A stretch of DNA of 64,000 nt from Eledone cirrhosa (Eukaryota), in NCBI GenBank assembly GCA_964016885.1, contig OZ024745.1, forward strand, positions 126,170,001-126,234,000. The letters run 5' to 3'. Both the position numbers and the translations under genes were made by a program. The notes beneath the pieces are model-generated. The model saw nothing but the letters and a program-made list of their open reading frames with translations. It was not told the DNA's origin and searched no databases. The number at the start of each line of letters is the position of its first letter. Position 1 is the stretch's first letter. Positions 1-13,529 of the stretch are shown here, in pieces.

Positions 1-49
1 ATGTTTAGGTTCACTTCAGTGTCGAGGTGTAGAGCTAGACAGAGAGTAT

Positions 50-271
50 TATATTGAAATAAGATAACGAGGACGATTGGTTACTCCTTCATTACATTTA
101 TTGGTTGTTGACACGTGTTTCACCACTGACCAGCTCAAGATTCGTCGAGCTGCAGATTACAGAATCGGGTAAAATCGATACAGATCGAACGTTGAGCTGA
201 TCAGTGGTGAAACGCGCGTCACCAACCAATAAATGTAATGAAGGAGTAACCAATCGTCCTTGTTATCTTTT

Positions 272-278
<7 letters not shown>
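50..278. repeat. Long inverted repeat (about 95-bp arms, 50-144 / 186-278) abutting (TA)n; PLE terminal-repeat-like
   Basis: The arms are near-perfect reverse complements (aagataacgaggacgattggttactccttcattacatttattggtt / aaccaataaatgtaatgaaggagtaaccaatcgtccttgttatctt). Confidence 0.9.
191..226 (+). ncRNA. Minimal type-I hammerhead-like motif (CUGAUCA variant)
   Basis: gttgag-CTGATCA-gtggt-GAAAC-gcgc-GTC-accaac, with a palindromic helix III loop. Mirrored on the minus strand at about 103-139. Confidence 0.55.
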
Positions 279-325
<47 letters not shown>

Positions 326-1321
326 GTTAAACTAAGATATCAACAATTCAAAAGAACTATCTTTCTGCAATTTCCTTGCAGAGTGTACAGAATTATTTAT
401 GAACTTTTCTTATAAAAGTTTATTTAGCTACTAAAAACACTCTCCAAGAAAATAACCTGAAGAGTGCTTTTAATAGCAGAACAAAGCTATATTTTCCAAG
501 AATATATATATATATAATGTAAATTAGAAATACATTAGGCTAAGCATATCCACGAACAAACAGATAAAGTTAATTAACAAAAGATGTAAATATGAAAGGA
601 TGGTAAGACTGGAGGAAAATTAAAAGGTAAGTCTACAAAAGGTTTAACAAATAGATGGCGTTTTATGAAATATTCCATGTGCACATGTATGTGCATATGT
701 GTGTGCCTGAATCTCATGGATTAACAGAGAAAACTTGATACAGAACTGACAAGCTCCTTCGCCTGTTAACTTTCAAGGGTAGGGACTATACAATTGCTTT
801 ATGGTTCTTCTAGCTTTAAATGCAGTTGATAGATCTGTCATTTAACCTTTCTGGTTTGTAGAGAACTGTGTTCTTTGACAGATAAATTACTATGGGATAC
901 TCTTTCCCCTTTTTTAAATATTGTATGCTACCTTTGAAGATATTTAGAGGAAAGACAGAGCCTTGCTAAAAAAATCATTTACAAATTTACAAATTGAGAC
1001 TGCAGGTTACAAACATAAATATGCATTTCTATGCACACATGTGGGCTGGAAGTGATGAGAACATTGTTAAAAATGTCAGAATTAATTTTATAGGGTTAAT
1101 ATCTTAAAAAAAAAATCAACAAAATTAGTTGAATAAATGTTGGTCTTTTAAGAAGTTGCTTCTATACAAATCCATTGTGTGTGTGTTAAATGAAGAAGAC
1201 ATGAACGTTTGTTGTCACTTAAGAATATTACTAGATCATAAAAAATTAAAAAATTATCACTCCTCATGGTTTAAGGCTTAAATTATGAGACTTGTGTTCA
1301 ATAAAATTTGTGCGTTTGACA

Positions 1322-1496
1322 ATATATATATATACATATATACATACATATACACATACATATATATATATATATATACATATATACATACATATACACA
1401 TACATATATATATATATATACATATATACATACATATACACATACATATATATATATATACATATATACATACATAAACATATATAGATATATACA

Positions 1497-1527
<31 letters not shown>

Positions 1528-1540
1528 ATACATATATACA

Positions 1541-1571
<31 letters not shown>

Positions 1572-1859
1572 ATACATATATACATATATATACATATATA
1601 CATAAATATATATACATATATACACATATATATATATATATATATACATACATATATATATATATACATACATATATATATATATACATATATACATATA
1701 TACATACATATATATATATCATCATCATCATCATCCTCAACATGTTACATCAGCTTTTCTCATATATATATATACATACATACATATATACATATATTTA
1801 TACATACATATATTTATACATACATATATATACATATATATATACCTATATATATATAC

Positions 1860-1901
<42 letters not shown>
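1322..1901. repeat. Compound (TA)/(TACA) microsatellite
   Basis: Read directly. It produces the spurious Y/I/M/C ORFs. Confidence 0.97.
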
Positions 1902-1905
<4 letters not shown>

Positions 1906-4717
1906 TATAATAATGTATAAGTCACACCTCCATTTTACATACATTTACAATCGGCATCATTTAACACCTCTTTTCTTTGCTACGAATTGAGGTTTTGTAG
2001 GTCCAATAGATAAAGTGCATGTTGGTTTTTCATATATTTTCATGGAAAAGCAGATACCATTTATACACAATTGTATATACTATATATATATATATATGCA
2101 TTTTTTTGTTGGATAATCTAGATCTGCAAATGGTATGCAATCAGTCTGCAAAGGAGCAGTAATTGGCCAAAGAATCAAATTAAAAATGGCAATATTGATA
2201 ACGATGCTGATGACAATAAATTACTTACAATCACTTAGTCATAGAAGAAAAAAATTCTTTTACAAATCTTTGGATCTGAGAGAAAATATTTTATAAATTA
2301 TGTTATTCTATTTCCTTCTTTTTTTACATCCTGCTACCACTTCTCAACAGAGACACAATTTTGATTTCCATTCTTTCAATTTGAAATTTCACAGTTAATA
2401 AACAGAGATAGACTTTATACCCCGAGGGAAAAAGAGAGAGGGAGAGGATGAAATTATATTAAAATCAAATGGACTTTGAATTGATGAAACAAATTTTACA
2501 TGAATTTCAAGTTGAGTTTTAATTTCATTAAAAAAATATTCAATTTAACTATTTTTTTTTCTTTTTTCAATTTATATAAATATCTTAAGCTTATCAAATT
2601 TCAAATTGAATAGTAATAATCACATCTCGAGGAAGATGCCCCCATTCATATATCTAGATACCATCTATTATCATCAGTTTCTCCTTGGCTAGGAGAAGCT
2701 AATGACATTAGACAGTGTCCAAATTTTCATTGGACATTAAATTTGGATGGAAGGCTCCTCCCTGTAATTAGCTTATATATGTATTCATATTTACATTATG
2801 TTTATGATATCTATTTATTTTGCATGAGCCTTTGTAGCATCATATCTGTGCTAAAATAATATTACCAAAAAATATGTGAAAATTCATCAGTATTATTAAT
2901 TTGTTAAGGTTTATGGAAAGGAGAGGTAAGTTTTCTAGTGATGCAAGCCTGCATTCTAGTTTCAATCCATAATTGAAGCCCATTGAAATATTATTTTTTA
3001 AAAAATCATTTTTTAATTTACATACATGTCTCAGCAATTAAGTCTTGCAAGAAGTTTGTCTATGTGTGTATGTGTGTGATTTGTAACAAAACCTCCCCCC
3101 CAAAAAAAATCATAATTGTCATGGTGACAGCATCCATTACATTCTAAATATATTTGTCAGTAATATATCTTGATATTTTTCTCAATATAAAAAAATACAA
3201 AATGTAGAAGGTCTGAAAGTATTAAAGAATTTAAATTTACCCGTCTTTTTTTCTTTAAATATATTTTCTACAGAAAAAAGAAAATGGCTTGTAATCTTTA
3301 AAGGAAAAGAATTTCTTACATATATAAAATATAAATTTTTTATTTATGTATGTATGTTTGTGTTCATGTATACACACATATACAATCATTTAGTCCAGAG
3401 TTTTTTAAATGAAGAGGGAAAGAATCACATAACTCTGAGGTCTTCTTGCCAGTTATTTAGAGATATGCAGAAAATTATCAAATTTACAAAACTAACAACC
3501 AAAAGCACCCTTTCCACCCTGTTAGATGGTCATTTTGGTGCCACGATAAAAAAAAAAGTACCCGGTACACACAATAACATGGTCAGCATTAGAATGGGCA
3601 TCCAGCTGTAGAACCAAGCCAAAATACATATCTGTAAGAACAAGACATGGTCACCTGACCTGAATTGTCTCACAATATGACAACCCATGAAACCCATGCA
3701 AGCATAGAAAAATAGACGTGAAATGGCGATGATGATAATATTTAAAATAAAACATCTAACCCTGGAAAATTTTTTTAAAACAGTTATTGGATGTCCCTGC
3801 CTTAACTGCAGATATTTTATTGTAGCTCTAAAGACATTTATTTTTAGTTCACTTTATGAAACTAGAAGGGGCAATGAAACAGGGACCAAGTGAGTATAGT
3901 GCTGTACCTGCTATAGACAAGTATACCATCCAGGAGAACTATCATCTGTTTCACAGTACTGCAACTAAAATTTAACCACAGATAAACACTGCTGAAAAAG
4001 ATCATATAGTCACAACAATACTAGCCATTTTTTTGCTAACTGATAGCAGGAGCTAGCTCATGTTACATAGTATGACATTATTAAGTAAACTAAAGAAGTA
4101 AAGATGTCAACACTATTTCATCATCCCATAAGCAATATCATAAGCAATATGTTGAATGAAATTCAATTGAATGAAATTCAACACTTAAATTTTATTTATA
4201 TTTTATTTAACATCAGAAGAGTAAATTTGTATTACTACTCCCTGTCTCTGAGACAGATGTTTTGAACTTCACGTGGGGTAGGGGGGAGATACAAAGAATT
4301 AGTAATTTCAACAGTTTAAAAGGCCAAATTTGTTTAAAACATAAAAAAATCATAAGAAAAATTCAAATTTCACTTTCAGAATTCTAACCAATCCTATCAA
4401 CTAACTACCCTTGTAATAAAAATGTTATTATTACACTCATCTCAGAGACAGGTGTAATAGGTCTTGTTAATTTAGTCACAAGGCCAGCAATTTGGAGCAA
4501 GGGAAAATTGATTATATCAACCCCAATGACTGATTGTTACTTTATTTTATCGTCCCCAGGAAGATGAAAAGAAAGTTGGCCTTGGTTTCATTTAAACTCA
4601 GAACACAAACACGTAAAAATACTGCAAAGCATTTTCTTAAGGTTTTTACCAATTCTTCCAATCCACCGAGTGTAATATAATAAAAATTTTAAAAAAAGAA
4701 AAAAATGAAAGCTCTAA

Positions 4718-4905
4718 CCCTTTAGCATATACATTACTCTTTATCTCAATAATCATCCCACATAATATCGAATCTACGAGATTTTTATATTATTTATTTT
4801 GAGAACAATAACTTAACATAAGTATGTGCAGCTGGTTATGACCAGTTTTAACAGAAAGAGTTGAGAGAATTTTGGCTGGATTTGGCCGGTTTAAATGCTA
4901 AAGGG
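4718..4905. mobile_element. piggyBac-type MITE (CCCTTTAGCAT...ATGCTAAAGGG, TTAA-type site)
   Basis: TIRs begin CCC/GGG and are flanked by (C/T)TAA. Same family at about 11748-11940, 15305-15515, 49035-49489, 50339-50875 and 54325-54527. Confidence 0.8.
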
Positions 4906-5583
4906 TTAAGACAATATTCCTTGTTTGATCCAAGGAGATATTCTGCACATATATGTGTCAAGCTTTGTGTGAATGTAGCTGGATGGAAGTTTTGCTTAAA
5001 CAACAGTTAAACAGAAAGAACTACAACTACTGACTACAGAATGACTACACTACAACTACAGGATCACAGTTGCTGATGCTGTCATAAAATATCCCTGCCT
5101 CCTCAACAGCTTTTTCTTAAGATTACATAACTGTTATACCACCACCACCACCACCACCACTTCCACTACTGTTGTTGCTATTTCTACTACTAATAAAATA
5201 ATAATCATAATAATAATAATTGTTTCTACTTTAGGCACAAGGCCAGCAATTTGAAGGGGAGGAGGTAAGTTGATTAAATCTACCCCAGTGCATTACTGGT
5301 ACTTTATTTTAATCGACCCTGTAAGGATGAAATTCAAAGCTAACCTCGGCAGGATTTGAACTCAAATAATAATAATAATTGTTTCTACATTTGGCACAAG
5401 GCCAGCAATTATCTCAGTGCATTACTGGATCTTTTATTTTATTGACCCCGTAAGGATGAAAGGCAAAGTTAACCTCGGTGGGATTTGAACTCAGACCGCA
5501 AAGGGCCGTAACTCTATGCTGAAAAGCATGGCGTCTGACCCTCTACCGATACTGTCAAATCCACAATGCCAGAATAATAATAA

Positions 5584-5990
5584 GAGCATCGCTGGCTGAC
5601 CAGACATTGTCATATTGAACAAGACATACAAATATTGATAGATCATGGACGTAACTATACCAAACGACATGAATATTGCAAGAAGTTGAAAAAAATCACC
5701 AATTACTCCAAATTAAAAGTGGAGGTAGCAAGACTGTTTGGAATGCGAGAGGGTAATAAGAAAGCCATATCAAATGTGATTGGGGCATTAGGGTCAATCC
5801 CATTGAAAATCCAAAACTTTTAAAGCAGTTGGGAATACCATACAAGATTAGTGTTATTAAAAAAATCAGCCTTGCTAGGCATGCCATACATTTTAAGGAA
5901 AGTATTATCTGTCTGAGGTCCATGTTGTGACTTGACAGATAACTAAATACTCCAGTGCATTTTCCATTTACACTGCATGACAAAAGAAGT
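5584..5990 (+). mobile_element. 3' remnant of an RLE-type non-LTR retrotransposon (R4/Dong-like), decayed
   Basis: Frameshifted translation gives PDIVILNK..IMDVTIPND...KITNYSKLKVEVARLFG...VIGALGSIP, a PD-(D/E)xK restriction-like endonuclease signature. Flanked by (AAT)n at both ends. Confidence 0.8.
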
Positions 5991-5999
5991 AATAATAAT

Positions 6000-6190
6000 G
6001 ATTTCTAGTATAGGCACAAAGCCAGTAATTTAGGGGGTGGGGAAAGTCGATTAAATCGACCCCAGTACGTTACTGGTGCTTTATTTTATCGACCCCGTAA
6101 GGGATTTGAACTCAGATCGTAAAGGCCCGTAACTCCATGCTGCAAAGCATGGCGTCCGACCCTCTAATGATACTGCCAATCCACCGCCCT
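6000..6190 (-). mobile_element. tRNA-derived SINE, family A, with target-site duplication
   Basis: Minus strand has an A box (tggcagtatcg) and a B box (gagttcaaatcc). TSD aaaagaagtaataataat at about 5982 and about 6192. Confidence 0.9.
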
Positions 6191-8263
6191 TAAAAGAAGT
6201 AATAATAATAATAATTGTTTCTACTTTAGGCACAAGGCCAGCAATTACCAGTGCATTACTGGTACTTTATTTTATCGACCCCGTAAGGATGAAAGGCAAA
6301 GTCAACCTCGGCGGGATTTGAACTCAGATGGTAAAGGGACGTAACTATGCTGGAAAGCATGGCGTCCGACCCTCTACCGATACTGCCAATCCACTGGTTT
6401 CTGATTTAAAGACAAGGCCAACAATTTGTGAGGAGGGGAGGGTTGATTAAATCTACCCTATGCAACTGTTAATACTGCCAAGTTGAAATTTTAATCCAAT
6501 ATTAGATGTACAAATGTGTACACAAATAAAAAAAATCTTACAGGGAAATATTGATTATTATTGAATGTAGTTGAATTAGTGATTAGTTGTCTGATTGAGT
6601 GATTAACTGAACCTAATATGCAACACTTTGATTGTCCACAATTACATAATTAAAATATCAATAAATTAAATGAAAATTATTTACAAAAAAAAAAAAATTA
6701 TAAAAAATACATATATATAAGCTAAGGAGGCATAGTAGCTTAATAGTTGAAATTATAGAATTACTGGTACATTAGATCACTGGTTCCAATCTGACATTCA
6801 AGCAATACATATTTACATTATTCTTTTATCACATTCAGTTGTAAGATAGAATGTCTGTCTTGTGGTCAAATGGAACACTGGGGAACCACTGCTGATTTTG
6901 TTTTTATTTGCTGAGCCAATATCAATTTCTAATTTAGATAAAAGACCGGCAAATATGGAGGAAGGGCAAAGTTGATTAAATCAAACCAAGTACTTTATTT
7001 TATCAACCTCGGAAGGATAAAAAGCAAAGTTTACTGTGGCGGGATTTGAACTGAGAATGTAAAGAACCAGAACAAATACTGCAATGGTAATTTATTTGAT
7101 GCTGTACCATTCCTGCCGATCAACCACCTACAGTAGGTCTAATATAATGGTCAAGGGGATGGTTTATATCTTGTCACCGGTGCTGCAATGGGTACCTAGC
7201 AAAGAGCTTAAATCACAATAACCTCCTCTGTTAATCATAGAATGAAGGTAAACCCAATCTGATAAGACAGATACATCTTGTTTACATGTTAGGCCTTTGG
7301 CTTACTCCAAAAAGCCAGAGTAAAGTCATGTCAACTAATCTTGCTATATTGATTACATGGTTTATATTACTCCACACAGTGCTGGAAATTGTTAGAGAAT
7401 TGGAATAGGATGATTATCTAATAATCTAGTAAGAGGTAGATTTAATACCTCATGATTTTGTTTTCCAGAGATTATGTGACCTGAGTGGATGTAAACCTCT
7501 GTATTTTTATTTATAAGAGAAAAAAAAACAAAGCAATGTGAACACACAAAATGTATAGGGAGAAAAAAATACTTTTTAATTTTTATTTAAATTTTTAAAA
7601 AAATATAATTTTGGGGAGATTAAATATTAATAACTTTGCCCTATTTTATGATATAATACACATAAGTTTGCCCCTATATCAAATAAAATTCACACCCACC
7701 TCTATCATATACATTGGAAACTTCACAAGTTTGGACTTCCTTGTTCAGCCAAATGTCCAACAACATATATTTATTTCTTACAAAGTTTGAAGTAAGAAAC
7801 AGTTGATTACATCAACTTGACTAGTATTTATTTTATTGACTCTTGAAGGAAGAAATGCAAAGTCAACCTGGGTAGTATTTGAAATCAGAACAAAAAGCAC
7901 CATAACTAAATGCCATGAGGCCATTCGTCCAAAATACTAGTGATTCTACCTGCCCACTACCATTTCCATCAACAGATTTTTGTTTGGTAGTGCCCTAACA
8001 TATATAGTAAGTTAGGATTAGAGTTAGTGATGTAAGAAATTGAGAAAACATGTCAACACTCTGCCCTGCAGCTATGTTACTATTGGTAATCCATTAGTGA
8101 ACAACATCATAGAAGAGGGAGCTATTCATTTTTACAACTTCAATCTTATACAGAAGATGAAGAAGATAGCATTTTAGAACCATTTCAAAATGTCATCACT
8201 ATATATATAAACACAGAGATACAAAATCAATTAGTCTTATTAGTGTCATACTTTTGAGGAAAG

Positions 8264-8300
<37 letters not shown>

Positions 8301-9279
8301 TCTACATAATTTGAGTTAATGCCTCGGGGAAAGGAATGAATACCACAACTTTTCATTCACTTCTTTGCCCTATAATCCACATAGGCTTTCAAAAAAAAAA
8401 AAAAAATAATAATAATAATAATAATAATGATAAATCATTTCAAGCAACATCTGCAAACAGTAGATTTTGGGTACTTTGAGACTTTTACATAAGCAATATG
8501 CATCCTAAAATGTCCTCCTTTACTCATTCTCTTTGAAACATAAATATAACATGGAACAGAAGATTGTATAGCTGTGTACTATTTAAAGTAAATCAGCCAC
8601 TATTTAAAGCAAGCTGCTTGTATCCTCGTTTGCTGTTTTTTGGGGGGTGGGGGGTGAGGGGGGCGCAGGGTTATCATACAGTTTCTGGTAGATTCTGAAT
8701 GGGATTTAGTGCACCATCCCATTATACACAAAACATACACAAACGTACTAGGTACATTTTATTGTGGCCCGGTCACTAACACTTTACAGGATGAACAGGT
8801 TGAATTTTATCGTGGCACCATTACTAAAAAGGTTGTTACATACTCATCCTGACTGAAGCATCTTCTCAAACCCTATACTGTTTCCAATCACCATCACTAC
8901 AGTCTTCAGTCACTCTCTATATTTACTTTTAGAGTCACAGTGCTTGTACAAGAGGACAGGTCTTTTGTATTATGGCATATCACCCGTCAGCTCAGTCCTG
9001 TGTTATTTCCATCACAAGGTTCAGTTTCTTGTCATTATTCTTCAAAACTTTGTCTCATGTCTTCCTTCTTTTTCCTCTTCCACCGATCCCATCCTCTTCA
9101 AACAATCAGCACTTTTTAATACAACACTTGCTCTTCTTACACATCACATTACTCAGCTTTTCCCAGAGCTCACTTTTGCTCTGCCATTTGCTTACACTAA
9201 CATTACACGCACACATATTATCATCACCATCATTACCATCATCATTGTTCAAACAGATGTTAAATAATGAAGATGTGTA

Positions 9280-9363
<84 letters not shown>

Positions 9364-10286
9364 CACATACAGATGCACATATATACACATGTATATATGC
9401 AGAAGACAAGCCCAGTTGTTTAACTTTTTAGAAAGTTAATGTTATTCATCTATACATCATTAAAAGAAAATTGGAGGTTAGACTCATGTATATATTTGTT
9501 GTTAATGTGATGTTTCACAAGCCTTGTTAGTATATTGAGTGACATAGAATTCAGGTCTACTTTTAATAATGTGGACTTAGGATTATGCTTGGCTCTGGTA
9601 GAAGGTTCAACTTTCTCTGTGTACATGGATGTTTATGTAACCTGCAATTGTCATAAATAATAAAAACTAGAGAACAAATATTTACACACACTGTTGTCAC
9701 ATTTTAGCAAGCATCTTCAAAAATATATATATTTATACTATTTTGTTTTATGCATTCACAGGTATCAATATATATCACACATACATTTTTCATAAATACA
9801 TACATACATATTTAAACATATTTACACACAATACTCACATGTAAGTCATTCATATATTCACACAATTATATAAACTGAAAAATCATTTGACATTGTTGAT
9901 ATTTTTGTATATGTCCAAGTGTGTGTGTGTTTATGTATGAGTAATTAAAATACCATTTAAAAAAAAGTAAATCCTGCCCTCCCTGATAATTTTTTTTTCT
10001 TATAAAAGGTAAAAAAAAAAATAAACAAAAGACAAATCTTGACTATTTTTTGTCAGGAATATCATAATTCATGTGAATCAAAGTAAATTTGTCCTTCATT
10101 TTCCATTCCCAACATTAAGTAAAGAGAAGCAGTGACTTATTATTTATCATTAACAGCAACCACTGCTTCCATACCACTTGTAAGTCTCTCTCTCTCCCTC
10201 TCTCTCGATCTTTGTCACAATATCTCACTCAGTAAAATAAGGAATACAGTTCCTGTCAAGTTATTTACATTGAGTTCTTCTTGTCT

Positions 10287-11231
10287 TCATACATTATTCT
10301 CGGAACCGATTAAAGTTGAGCAGGTTAGTGGAGTGGATGCACTGAGTGCTCCTTGTCTTTGGTTCTCTGACGAGACACATGATGTGCAGTTGATGATCTC
10401 GTCGAAGCTTTCGCCGAAATCTTTGGAAAGTTTTGCACATACCATTGGACTAATGGAAAAACTAAGTTGAGCAAGACACAACGAGTAAGAAGAAATCCGA
10501 TACCACATCATGAGTTGATCATGGGTTTTCATATAAAGTATGTGGATACTTACAGCATGGTAGGGCAATTGACAGAGAAAATAGGCTATGACCAGTCCTA
10601 GAACCAGTTTGGAGAGTTTGCGCTTGTCTTCGGGTATGCTGTCGACAAAAAAACGCTGAGTTATGTAATGGAGAACAACGTGAGTGATGAGAACTAAACC
10701 AAGGGGTAGGAAGTAACATACTGTTATGATGATGAGAAGCAGGAATTCCTCGTTTAAGTCAGACTTAAAAGTACATCGCTCAGTATCTTTATCCACATGG
10801 TAGGCAAATGCAAAAGGTATTGCAGCAGCAAAAACTACCAAAAACAGTACAATTACAATCACCAAGGCATGTTTACCCGAAATTAACATGTTAGGACGGT
10901 TAGTGAGGATGAGGGCATTTAAAATAGTAAGCACAACAAGATGGAAAGCAACCACAATGAGACTGCTGTGTGCCATATAGTTTGTTATGTTACACCATAT
11001 GTCTGTAATGTTCCAGCGAGTGTTTGTGAAGTTCACAATTGTTTGAGGAATCTCAAACAAGATGTAGAGGAGACTGGCAAAAGCTAAACCTCCAATCACA
11101 ACATGGTGTGCAATCCTCATATTTTTGTAAACAATGAGACTCCGTAGGACGAGAAAATTGCCAACAAAGCCAACAAGTCCGATCAATGAGATCAGACTGT
11201 TGAGTATTAATTTGTCATGTGAGTCCAGCAT
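10287..11231 (-). CDS. Rhodopsin-like (class A) 7TM GPCR, peptide-receptor-like (allatostatin-A/galanin-receptor-like framework), atypical motifs, 314 aa
   Basis: Non-repetitive 314-aa ORF with seven hydrophobic segments. Landmarks are TM1 GN (VGFVGNFLV), ECL1/TM3 W..C (DIWC), an ECL2 Cys (ERC), TM5 YFLPL, TM6 FLCQLPYH and helix 8 LSKDF. In-frame stops lie upstream of the ATG, so 11231 is the start. Confidence 0.93.
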   Translation of the reverse strand: MLDSHDKLILNSLISLIGLVGFVGNFLVLRSLIVYKNMRIAHHVVIGGLAFASLLYILFEIPQTIVNFTNTRWNITDIWCNITNYMAHSSLIVVAFHLVVLTILNALILTNRPNMLISGKHALVIVIVLFLVVFAAAIPFAFAYHVDKDTERCTFKSDLNEEFLLLIIITVCYFLPLGLVLITHVVLHYITQRFFVDSIPEDKRKLSKLVLGLVIAYFLCQLPYHAVSIHILYMKTHDQLMMWYRISSYSLCLAQLSFSISPMVCAKLSKDFGESFDEIINCTSCVSSENQRQGALSASTPLTCSTLIGSENNV

Positions 11232-11300
11232 CTTTAAGGCTTCTGTTTAATCCGAGTTTACTTCAGAAATGGAATGTCAGCATAGAGAACCTGTAGCATT

Positions 11301-11320
11301 CTGAAATAGAGAAAAAAGAC
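11301..11320 (-). promoter_or_regulatory. Splice acceptor (polypyrimidine tract + AG) opening the GPCR coding exon at 11300
   Basis: Minus strand reads tcttttttctctatttcag|aatgct, 69 nt upstream of the ATG. Confidence 0.7.
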
Positions 11321-12199
11321 AATTTTCAGTTGAAATGACATTGTATTTCTCTTAACTAACAACATTAAAACAAACAATGACAACTACACCAGCAATAATA
11401 TTTAGATCAAGGTCAACAACAACATTAGTATCAATAATTTTAATGGAAATAGCAACAACAGTGGAACCAATGGAAAACATCTGCTTAACACCTCTCGTAA
11501 TACTAGTTTCAAAGTTGATGGGTGGGGAAAATTGATTAAATCTACTCCAGTACTTTATTGACCCCAGAAGGAATGAAGAGAAAATTGACGCCAATGTAAT
11601 TTGAACTTAGGCTGTAAAGGGCTGTGACTAAATACTGCAAAGTAATTTGCCCAACACTCTAACAATTCTAACAATCCACCAGTATTCACCACTTCTTATA
11701 AAGACACAAATAAGGACATACATCAGAGATGGAAAGTAACATTTTAAGTCTTTAGCATTTAAACTGGCCAAATCTAGCTAGAATACTCTCACCTCTTTCT
11801 GTTCAAACTGGCTGTAACCGGCCACTCATACTCAACATCAACATCTCATAGATTCAATATTATGTGAGGTATTTATGTCAGATAAAAGTTTTACCGTGAA
11901 CATACAATAGTAAATACAGAGTAATGTAAATGCTAAAGGGTTAATAGTATATGGCTCATACATATATTATTGGTCTTAAGAAAAGTTAAAATAGGCAAAA
12001 TAGTGAGACACCTTCTAAGGTTTCTCAGTTCATCACCTTTCCCTGGCAATTCTGTTAGCAATAACCACTCTTTTAAAAACTTGTGCAAGTTTGTATGAGT
12101 AAATATAGATATATCTATGTATTAGTTTAGATACATGAATGTATATACATGGTAGTTAACCAATTTGTGTGTTTTTTGTTTGAATGTATAATATATGTG

Positions 12200-12272
<73 letters not shown>

Positions 12273-13529
12273 ACTATATATTTGTGTATAAATATATCAT
12301 TTAACAATATCATATTTGTATGTGTGTGTGTCTGCATTAATATATAATGGGTATGTAGATATCACTTAAACATAAAACATGTTTATAGGAATAGCTGTGT
12401 ATATATTTCTATATACTTACACATCAGTCAATTACAATGTATATGTCTCCATGAATATTAGTGTTTAGATATCTGTTGTTTACATACATTTACTTATATG
12501 CACTAGCAATAAACGTTTGTGGAAAATGCAGCAAACTTCTAAAAAGTTGCATAGTTGATACAAACAGCTAACAAAATCTGCTTAATATTAAAATTATTTT
12601 GTTTTCAAACTCACTGACCTGGAAATGCCTTTTATATTAGGTAATTGTGTTTGCTATGGTTAGTGTCTTTGTGTGTCTTTGCATGTGTGTATTGGCAGAA
12701 GGATGAGGGGGGGTGTACTTTTGAGAATAATACTTAGTCAAGTTGATTGTCAGTTTGTCAAGCCAAAACAATAACAAAAATTCAAGGAGTAGCAACAAAC
12801 CCAACAGTCTTCATAAAATTTCATTCAAAACGTTTCTTTATGCAATTCTAATACTTCATAGATGCTTTTCAATTATGCCTAATTTTAGAAGCAATGTTCT
12901 AAGGGTTTGAGCCACTGAAGAAGTTCAAATGCAATCCCCTATTTAATGCAATCTAGGTGCTAGGAAGAAAGGGGAGGTGCAACAGGTGGCACTACTCATC
13001 TCCCTAATTTTCAATGGTGCATTTTCACATTTAGACAACAGAGTTTTTTTTTTAAATGTCCTCAAATATGTTCCCTGAAGTGTTGACTTTCTCAGAATGA
13101 AAACAAAAATAAATTAAACAAAAAAATATTAAGCAAAACCTCCTTAGGAAATTAGAATGCCCACCCATAATATTCAGAAGATTACCCAAGTACCAAAGCA
13201 TGTCAATAGGTCTGGTTCAATGTAGCAGCCAAGTCTCCTTCAGTGAAATTTAAGACCAATCTTTATCTAATATATGCTTATTTTTAATATACAAACTATA
13301 TGTTTCAAGTTTTAAATTTCAGGACATCTTTTCTAGCTACCACAATGAGTAGCCAGTAGTTCAAATGCTAAACTAGCAGACCAGCCATTTGATGTCTGCA
13401 AATATAGAGTTTTAGATTTGTAAATTTACTTTTAGATCTTTTTTATTATCTCTTCTTCATAGATGGCACCACAAGCAGAGCTAATTAAGCCTAGGTTCAA
13501 AACAGCAGATACTTTTTCTCTTATAGAAA

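Noticed and set aside
1264-1925. Y/I/M/C/H/T-rich ORFs (also at 42.0-42.6, 49.4-50.1, 52.3-53.2, 61.3-61.7 and 62.5-63.1 kb)
   Set aside because: Microsatellite translations.
10132-10719. Overlapping short ORFs around the GPCR
   Set aside because: Shadow frames of the GPCR CDS.
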